Origin: Octopus vulgaris
Taxonomy: Eukaryota
NCBI GenBank assembly: GCA_951406725.2
Contig: OX597814.1
Span: 160,580,001 to 160,644,000, forward strand
DNA length: 64,000 nt
Reading direction: 5' to 3'
A model generated the notes under the pieces. It had not been told where the DNA came from. It did not search any database and saw nothing but the letters and a program-made list of their open reading frames with translations. The stretch's first letter is position 1. Every line of letters starts with the position of its first letter. Shown in pieces: positions 55,001 to 64,000 of the stretch. Both the position numbers and the translations under genes were made by a program.

Positions 55001-57050
55001 ACGACTGTGCAGGCGTTAGGGGAGGCCATCCTATGTCTGTTTACTGTGGTGGACTTGCGCTGTGGTGGATAAGGTTCCTTGTTTGCGCTTGGTGTAGCCA
55101 GGTCAGCTGCTATACAATCTTTTGCGCCCTGTACAAAAAAGACTCTTGCTCAGCTGCTGCCTTGCGCATGACCCCTGAAGAGCTCACTTCTTTTGTAAAT
55201 TTTTTCTTTCGAGACGTTTGTTGTCTTTCCTCATGGAAGTTTTTCTCCTTAAGGCTCCCGTAGTTTTGGCGGGGTGTCAGATGGGCAAACCCGCGTTTTT
55301 TGCCGTCTTCCCCATGCCAACATTTGCCTTGCAGATAAAATCTGCAGGTCCTTGAGTGCCTTCCAAATTTCTTCTTTCCTGTAGGGTTTTGGATGGCATT
55401 GGATCCTCCATGGAGGTTTTCTGTTTTTTGTTTGGTGGGTTGGGGTTTCGATTTTGGTTGTTTCATTTTTGCCTTTTCCTTTTTCTTCCTTTCCTTCTTT
55501 ATGTTTGTGTTCGTGTTTTGTCCTTCCTTGGCTTCCCTATCCTTTTCTGCCTGGTCGTTCACAGAGGTGGGGGATCCATTCTTTTGAGGAACCACTGGAT
55601 CAAAGAAACTTCCGGGTTTTGTTTCCTTTTTTTTCTCTATCCTTGCCACAATATCTTTTCATTATGACATCCAGGGTGTCATTGTGTGGTCTGATAAGCA
55701 TATAGGATCGGATGAATTCATTTTTCTTCCGCTCTATCTGATCAATGGTTCTACAAGGGCCATTGTTTTTCAGTGCAGCAGTGATGATGTTTGGCGGGTC
55801 GCCGCTAGCAATCGTCCATGCTCGCAACAGAAGATTCAATTCTTTCTTCTCCCACTTTGGTGCCATCCTCATTTTTTTTTTAGCCCAGAGGGGAGTAGAG
55901 GGTAGAGAGGAAGTGAGAGATAGGGGGAGGTAGAAAAGAAGAAACACAGAGGGGGAATAGGGAAATAGAGAGGGTGACATGAAGGAAAGAGAGAGGTGCT
56001 GTAAAGGAAAGAGAGAGGGCGATATGAAGAAAGAGAGAGGGGTGTGGGGTGTTAGCGAGACAGAGGGATGGAGAGGGGAGGGAGAGAAAGAGAGACAATA
56101 AGGGAGGGGAAGAGATAGAGAGACAGAGAGAGGGAGAGGATAGGAAGAAATAGGAGACAAAATGAGGAAGAGATAAGAAAGGATGAAGGATGTGAGAGAA
56201 ACGGAGACGGAGTAAGAAGAGGAGGAAATGAGAAGTATATGAGGGAGAGAGTGAGGTGACAGGAGGAGAGGTAGATGTTGAGAGAGACAAAGGAAGGAAA
56301 GGAGAAGTGGGAAAAGAGGAAGATATGAAAGGGAGTGAGAGAGATGAGAAAAATAGTAAGATATGGAAGAGAGAGGGAAAGAGGTAGGCGTAAAGAAAGA
56401 TAAAGGGAGGAAGAGAGGAGCGGGAAAGGGAGGAATATATGTAAGGGAAGGAGAGAGGAAGAGGTAGGTATGAAAGAGAAAGTGGGAGAAGGTTACGAAG
56501 ATGTGTAGGAAAACGAAAAACAGAATTTTTGTAATTCTATTTAGGATTTATAATTCTAAATAATTCTAAAGAAACAAAGTGAAGAAAGAAACGATAGTGA
56601 AAAGAAGGGGTTTCGTAATGATTTCTATTTTTCAAATAGAATGAAAACGAAGAGGTCGCTATAAGGGAAGTTGAGATTACATATCACCGTAAATTGTTCA
56701 GAAACTAAACATTCAAACATTAAATCTTAACTCAAATTTCCATCTTGTTATAACCAAATATAAAAGAAAATAAACAAATGAGAAGGATACTTATTCGTAA
56801 GAGGTAAAATTCCAATCCTTGTTCTTGTACGAAAAAGTTTTCTTTCAAAAACAATACGTTTTTCTTCTTATTAAACTTTAAGTGCAATATATTAGGGGTT
56901 TTTTTTTTAACGATATATTATAGTAGACCGTTATGAAATAACAAGTACTACGTTTTTGTCAGTTTTAGGTTTTTTCGTCGATTTAGGCAATCTCTATTGG
57001 TTGTTTCAGGAGAACGAAAAAGCACGCCTTTACTCAGCGAAACCGGAAGT
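52015..57050 (-). mobile_element. Decayed, apparently full-length CR1-type LINE family B
   Basis: Putative long CT-rich 5' UTR and ORF1 remnants (~55866-55050). APE motifs ETHL, MGDF and LDLCFTNN. RT motifs [18 protein letters not shown] and LDYCSQLWSP, with an internal deletion near 53185. TA repeats at both ends. The 5' boundary is inferred. Confidence 0.82.
54663..54896 (+). mobile_element. Full-length S1 SINE inserted in the CR1 APE domain, 16-bp TSD
   Basis: TSD TATGCATAGGGCTTGA at 54649-54664 and 54897-54912. Confidence 0.94.
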
Positions 57051-57795
<745 letters not shown>

Positions 57796-57939
57796 GGTGG
57801 TGGTGGTGGTAGTGGTGGAGTGCAATAAGTGATTGCTTAAAATGCTTAATCCCCTCGACGATCAGGATCATGTAGCTGTATAAATAGATACCATGAAGCA
57901 GCAATAGGTTACATGCGAGTCTATACTTTAAACATATAT

Positions 57940-58308
57940 ATTCTTAGATTTAACTTAGGTTTCGGCCTGTATAGGTTCAAGCCTTGTCTAATAGCATCAC
58001 CTGGGGAAGTCTTTTAGATCGTGATGCACACCTCAGTCATATATGGGACACCATGGCCCACTGTAGCAAAGAGTTATTATTGTTGGAGATATATCCAGGT
58101 GTAGTCGGTTGGTCCGGGAGTTTTGGGAGAAATTTGTCCAGACAACTTTTGAATTTTATGGAATCTGTTTTAGTTTTGATGTATTTTGGCATGATATTAA
58201 AGAGAGCTGGACTAGTTGAGGTAAAGTAGTTGTGTCATAATGTTGTTATGTGTCTTCAGTTCGATTTTTGAAGTGAGCAGATAGCACGAGAACCAAGTCT
58301 TGAATGGA
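57940..58308 (-). mobile_element. Older CR1 family A 3' fragment
   Basis: HNYFTSTSPALFNIMPK..LDKFLPKLPDQPTTPGYISNNNNSLLQWA and a 3' UTR like 40740-40820. Confidence 0.88.
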
Positions 58309-58323
58309 AAACAGTATTAACGC

Positions 58324-58395
58324 CTCCCTGGCGAGGAATTGAACCCCGGTCTCCCGCGTGATAGGCGGGGATACCTACCAGTATACTACCGAGGA
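58324..58395 (-). pseudogene. tRNA-Asp pseudogene (anticodon reads ATC instead of GTC)
   Basis: TCCTCGGTAGTATACTGGTAGGTATCCCCGCCT-ATC-ACGCGGGAGACCGGGGTTCAATTCCTCGCCAGGGAG, 72 nt. It has a C.A mismatch in the acceptor stem and changes in the A and B boxes. Confidence 0.85.
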
Positions 58396-58475
58396 TCAAT
58401 TGAAAGTGTTTCATTCATTGGATTTCAGTTCTGGACTCATATATTTTGATTGTTTGGTGAAGTCATTGGTAATCT

Positions 58476-58708
58476 TATTTCTTTATTGCCCACAAGGTGT
58501 TAAACACAGAGAGGACAAACAAGGACAGAAAAAGAGATTAAGTCGATTACATTGACCTCAGTGCGTAACTGTTACTTAAGTTATCGACCCCGAAAGGATG
58601 AAAGGCAAAGTCGACCTCGGCGGAATTTGAACTCAGAACGTAACGGCAGACGAAATACCGCTAAGCATTTCACCCGGCGTACTAACGTTTCTGCCAGCTC
58701 GCCACCTT
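58476..58708 (-). mobile_element. Full-length S1 SINE with TSD
   Basis: TGAAGTCMTTGGTAATCT on both sides (~58458 and ~58708). Confidence 0.92.
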
Positions 58709-58879
58709 GAAGTCCTTGGTAATCTATTCATTTGGGTTTCCTTTAGTTTCAATCCCTGCTTCGATGTTTCTCGAATGATTTAACGCAAGGGGTGTCTAGG
58801 AAGATTTTTTAAAAGTACAATTTAAGGCTTTGAGTGTCATGGAAAATGTGTTATCTATGTTTCATTGTATCGATTTATT

Positions 58880-59320
58880 TGTTTCAGATACTGGACTGGA
58901 AACATGCTGGGACACCGTTTTAAAGAGTTTGCCCCAACACTTATTTTTTAAGTCTGGTACTTATTCTAGCGATCGCCTTTGTCGAAACCGCTAAGTTACA
59001 GGAACATAAACAAAACACCACCGGTTGTCAAGTGGTGGTGGTGATGGTGGTGGTGGTGGTGGTGGTGGTGGTGGTGGTGGTGGTGGTGGTGGTGGTGGTG
59101 GTGGTGGTGGTGGTGGTGGTGGTGGTGGACAAACACACACACACACACACGCAAAAACACACATGCACATAAACACACACATGTATACACAACGTGCCTC
59201 CTCACAGCTTCCGTCTACCAAATTCACTCATAAGCTACAATAACCGTCATTTGTTGAAGGTGCCGGACAGTGGAACAGAACTCGAAACCAGGTGGTTGCA
59301 AAGTGATCTTCTAAGTCATA
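58880..59320 (-). mobile_element. S2 SINE whose internal repeat includes an expanded (GGT)n
   Basis: Tail at ~58890-58920, (GGT)n at 59033-59127, head at ~59200-59320. Confidence 0.8.
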
Positions 59321-60025
59321 AAAATATGAATGCAAAGTCGGCAGTTAGATTAAGAGTTCACTTTAGACTCATAATGTCGCGAGTTCGATCTCAGACAAAT
59401 ATCTTTACCACCGCCTAGGGTTATTTCAAGACTTGTGAGTGAAATTAAATTGACGAAACTGTACGGGAGCTCGTCAGATGGACTGCATCAGTAATCAACA
59501 GGCTCAGTCTTCTCATATACTGTATGACACTAATTCGATTTGCGAATAACGTTAAAATGCCTTAATGACGAATTTCATTTCTTCATTATTTATGAAGAGA
59601 AGATTACCATTTAATTCCTTTGGAATAATACCAGTAATATCTTCGAAACATGTGTCGGAAGTAAAAGAATTTGAATAACACCTGCGTTTAACTCTATTTA
59701 TATATACATATATATATATATTCATCCGATAATCACTAAATCATTCTAAGGATGTTTGTTAAATGAAACGAGATAAATGCAAATTTACTTCGAAATAACA
59801 AATTGAAACAGCTGCAAATGTTCTATGACCTTCTAATACCGATGATCAACTTCTAATTGTTAATTATTGTTCCATTTCCTTATGTGAATATATTACACCA
59901 CGGTTTTACCATTTGAATTACCAACTACTGTTAACCTTATAGCAAGGTATACACATATTGAGACAATACAACAGTAGTGCATACAGATACATTATCCCTT
60001 AGACGGTTGCATAACATCTAACACA

Positions 60026-60093
<68 letters not shown>

Positions 60094-60097
60094 TTTA

Positions 60098-60159
<62 letters not shown>

Positions 60160-60240
60160 TTATCATTTACGTTAAATAAATATATATATTATTTATATGA
60201 TATATATTTATATTATTTATATTACTATATATATATATAT

Positions 60241-60827
60241 ATATACAAAAGAAGGAATGGCAAATATACGAATTCAGTCACTTACCGTTAATAGCGAACA
60301 TATGTTTCTGGATCGCAAACATAGAAATCAGTTTGAATTCCGTCATCGGCGCTATATTCGATAGCTTTACTAAATGCCACTAGCCCTCACTTCTGACCCA
60401 GCGACATCAGATAGTGGGGGGAAGAGAGCAGATGTTAAAACTAAGTGGCGACCGGGAACGTAAATTTTCCCTCCAAAATTCTGCCATGCGCGCTTTCTGG
60501 GTAATCGTAATGGAATGAGGAATCCACATGGTAATTCAATAAAAATGGTAAATAATTTTCCTGTGGTTTATCATGTAACCAACAATTATTTACCGGTAAA
60601 TTTCGGTATGTAAATACGACAAATTAATTGTCAGGACCTTTGTAAGGTTCAGTATATAGTAAAGAAAAAATAAGAAGGTTAACAGCAGGCTGTTTCACCT
60701 CATACCGAAGGAATTAGAAATGGCAGTCAAAAACCGTTTTTCCAATTTCTATAAGTGGAGAATCCAAAAACGAAGGCCCTTACGGCTCACATACACAAAA
60801 CCGGAGTGGCAAATATACGAATTCAGT
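60241..60827 (-). mobile_element. Hammerhead-bearing non-coding element, ~550-bp unit with terminal redundancy
   Basis: TGGCAAATATACGAATTCAGT repeated at 60258-60278 and 60807-60827. Hammerhead at 60291-60355. The 3' end abuts (TA)n. Confidence 0.65.
60291..60355 (-). ncRNA. Type I hammerhead ribozyme motif (one core substitution)
   Basis: AUAGCG-CCGAUGA-CGGA...UCCA-GAA-AC-AUAU-GU-U^CGCUAU. Helix I is a perfect 6 bp and helix III is palindromic (ACAUAUGU). Confidence 0.7.
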
Positions 60828-61533
60828 GCCACATTACCAAGATGGCGACCAAGTGCAGCCGGTTGGGTGTATGGATCTTGAGAACCTTCAGAGAGAAGGA
60901 AACCATGATGGCCCTCTGGAAGACATTCGTCTTCAGCCGCCTGGATTACTGCTCCCAGCTATGGTCACCCATAGTGTAAGATTAACAGCGGACCTTGAAG
61001 CAATTCAGCGAAGCTTCACAAAGATCGTCTCATTGCAACAGCTCAGCTACTGGGAAAGGCTGAAGCAGCTCAGACTCCCAGGAGCGAAGGCGGGAGAGAT
61101 ATACAGGAATATACATCTGGAAGATCCTGGAAGAGATTGTGCCAGATTTAAGCATTGAAAGCTACGGGTCGCCACTACATAGTGCCAAAGATCCTAGGAA
61201 TGCCGTCGCGCCTCAGGACCAGTTACTGCAAGCAACAGCTTGGGTTTCAGGGACTCACAGCTTTTTAATATTCTCCCAAAGAGCCTGAAAGACCTACATG
61301 AAGTGATTATAGATGTTTCCAAATCAAAACTGGATCTCTTCCTGTCGAGATTTCTAGATGAATCTACCTCGCGGCAGGAGGCCCAAATGAGGGTAGTAAC
61401 ATCAGACTCCCTCATTCACCAAATGGCACGTATCAGAGGAAGCTCTCAATAATAACAGTGTAGCAAAACGGCGGTGCCCCAGCAGGGCCACAGCTTTGAG
61501 CTTTGACTGATAAAATATTGAATTAAAAATAAA
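60828..61533 (+). mobile_element. CR1 family B 3' fragment
   Basis: WILRTFREKETMMALWKTFVFSRLDYCSQLWSP and QLFNILPKSL. Tail GGCGGTGCCCCAGCAGGGCCACAG, then a TA repeat. Confidence 0.9.
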
Positions 61534-61562
61534 ATGTGTGTATATATATATATGCATATATG

Positions 61563-61619
<57 letters not shown>

Positions 61620-61898
61620 GTATATATATGTGTGTGTATATGTATATATACATATGTATATATATGTGTGTGTATATGTATATAGATATATATATGTATG
61701 TGTGTATGTGTATATATATATGTGTGTGTGTATATATATGTATGTATGCGCATATATATATGTATGAGTATATATATGCGTGTGTATATATATGTGTGGG
61801 CATATATATATGTGTGTGTATATGTATATATATATATGTGCGTATGTATGTGTATATATATATATATGTATATATATATATGTATGTATATATATATG

Positions 61899-61945
<47 letters not shown>

Positions 61946-61964
61946 ATGTATGTGTATACATGTG

Positions 61965-61995
<31 letters not shown>

Positions 61996-62058
61996 ATGTA
62001 TATATATATGCATGTGTATTATATATACATGTGTGTGTGTTTATATGTGTGTGTGTGT
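61534..62058. repeat. (TA)/(TG) compound microsatellite
   Basis: Directly visible. Confidence 0.95.
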
Positions 62059-62317
62059 ACCGTGTCAGAGCAACGTCTCAATTCTTTAATGGTCTCTGTT
62101 ACAACACACTTGATATATTTTCCGTTTTATATGCAAGTTTATGTTCGCAGCTGGACAAGGAATAAATCGCCGGGTACACTTACAACAGTATTTTCCCTTT
62201 TCTTTTCCTTTCTCTCCAATTTAATTTCCACCGCATGGTTTTTTATCGTTTCATTTTCGTGAAATTCAAGATATTTATGTAGTTGTCAATAATTAGCTAC
62301 ATCATGAACATACGACG

Positions 62318-62975
62318 CAGACATGGCCGTGTGGTTAAGAAGCTCGCTTTGCAGCCATATGATTTCGGGTTCAGTTCCACTGCGTGACATCTAGGGTAAG
62401 TGTCTTTTATAACCCCGGGCCAACTACTGCCTTGTGAATAAATTTGAAAGAAGCTTGTCCTATCTATGAATATGTGTATAGTGTGTGTGTTCCTTACTCC
62501 CCACTGCTCGATAATCGGTTTTATTCTTTTATTCTGTTACTTGTTTCAGTCATTTGACTGCGGTCATGCTGGAGCACCGCCTTTAGTCGAGCAAATCGAC
62601 CCCAGGACTTATTCTTTGTAAGCCTAGTACTTATTCTATCGGTCTCTTTTGCCGAACCGCTAAGTTACGGGGACGTAAACACACTAGCATCAAGCGATGT
62701 TGGGGGGACAATACATATATACGACGGGCTTCTTTCAGTTTCCGCCTACCAAGTCCACTCACAAGGCTTAGGTCGGCCCGAGGCTATAGTAGAAGACACT
62801 TGCCCAAGGTGCCACGCAGTGGGTATTGGTCACTTTTTATGCAAAAGAGATCGATAGAATAGGTTCCAGATTTTAATATAGGTATTGAGTTCGATTTGTT
62901 CGATTTAACCTAACTTTCCAAAGTGGTGCAGATCCAGCATGGCCGCAGTCAAATGACTGAAACAAGTAAAAGATA
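62318..62975 (+). mobile_element. Old S2 SINE with a younger S2 copy nested in the opposite orientation (~62522-62823)
   Basis: + head at 62320-62460 and + tail at 62935-62972. The - copy between them has both tail and head sequence. Confidence 0.82.
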
Positions 62976-63116
62976 TTGAACAAAGCAATTAAAGGAATCT
63001 AAACATTCCGTTCAAATTTCGAACTCAATATTTGAAACAATTAGTTGTCATTCATAAATTCTACAATCACTAAGCTAAGAAATGGCTAGAAGAGATTTCC
63101 TTGTCTAATAACCTGT

Positions 63117-63155
<39 letters not shown>

Positions 63156-63329
63156 CGAACATATTGTTTATAGTCGTTGAACATACGTAGTTGATAAATT
63201 TACTTCACAAGAATTTACATAGAGATTCAAATAATTTGTTCGTTTCAGAGAACTTCTCTGCATCTGCATTCAGTAAATAATTAAATCATTGATTAACAAA
63301 ATCGTAACAAAACTCTTTCCACGTTTAGT

Positions 63330-63570
63330 TCTGTCACGGACACTAGGACGCGACAGGCCGATTATTCGGTTTTCATATCGTGTAAGTGACCTGGAACGCA
63401 ACATTCCCCCTGAACGGGGCGCAGGGTTACTCATTTACATGCCTTGTGGACTGGAGCCATGTGAAATGAAGTATTTTGCTCAAAAACACAATGCACCGCC
63501 CAGTCTGAGAATCGAAACCACGCTCGTACGATCGTGAGTACAACACTCGAACCACTAATCCACGTGTCTT
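63330..63570 (-). mobile_element. Degraded tRNA-derived SINE (S3/S4-like)
   Basis: The - strand reads GTGGTTCGAGTG..GTTTCGATTCTCAGACTGGGCG..TTGAGCAAAATAC..GCTCCAGTCCAC. Confidence 0.65.
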
Positions 63571-64000
63571 CATAGCGAAACGCTTTGCACAACAACATTT
63601 TTATTTCTTTTACATGTAAAAGGCCTCAAACTTGTAACTCGGGGTTAAGTGGGCAGAGAAAACGGAAAGTTTACCTCGGCGGGAATTGAACTCAGGACGC
63701 AAAGCATCGGAATAAATACCACAAGGCATTTTGTCTGGTGCTCTGACTATTCTGCAAAGGTAGCGTACTCATAGTACCTTGTACCACGAAAATTTTTGAA
63801 CAAATTGAAGTGTGTATGCTCTTTCGCTGCTTGTAGAAGGGACAGATTCTGCTGGGTACGATGTCTATCTGCTGCTAACTTCCACCGCAAAAGAGTCCCG
63901 GAACGTAGTATCTGAAGATGTGCAGGCATGCACTGGGGATGTAGCATTTGCAGAAACTTCTAGACGACGATGTCGAACAGTTGTGATAGTCATTTATGTG

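Noticed and set aside
58324-58395. Functional tRNA-Asp(ATC)
   Set aside because: An acceptor-stem mismatch and A/B-box changes accompany the anticodon change, which fits decay of a GTC gene.
60675-60737. Possible second hammerhead in the 60-kb element (GAAACAGC/GCTGTT, GGTT/AACC)
   Set aside because: No recognisable CUGANGA core.
63760-64000. Possible exon or RTE-like remnant at the window edge
   Set aside because: Short, with no diagnostic motif or clear splice signals.

Overview
Eukaryotic, AT-rich, repeat-dominated DNA with no host protein-coding exon that I can support. The SINE and microsatellite content suggests an octopus or other coleoid cephalopod (inference). The window is a mosaic of retroelements sorted by microsatellite. 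(i) Two clusters of 5'-truncated R4/Dong-clade REL-endonuclease LINEs sit in (TAA)n tracts (1.7-9 kb on +, 44.3-48.9 kb on -), together with a ~555-bp non-coding TAA-flanked element. (ii) CR1-type APE-RT LINEs of two families sit in (TA)n/(TATG)n tracts, including a young tandem pair (38.0-43.3 kb) and a decayed full-length copy (52.0-57.05 kb). (iii) There are two Penelope-like RT/GIY-YIG remnants, one Naiad-like, plus five short non-coding pieces next to (TA)n that carry hammerhead-ribozyme motifs. (iv) More than 35 tRNA-derived SINE copies are present; one family forms multimers with an invariant junction and another shares its 3' tail with a CR1. (v) There are also CRE, Tx1/L1, mariner and Helitron remnants and a tRNA-Asp pseudogene abutting a CR1 3' end. 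Most listed ORFs are microsatellite artefacts. All calls were made by eye, so boundaries of decayed elements are approximate.
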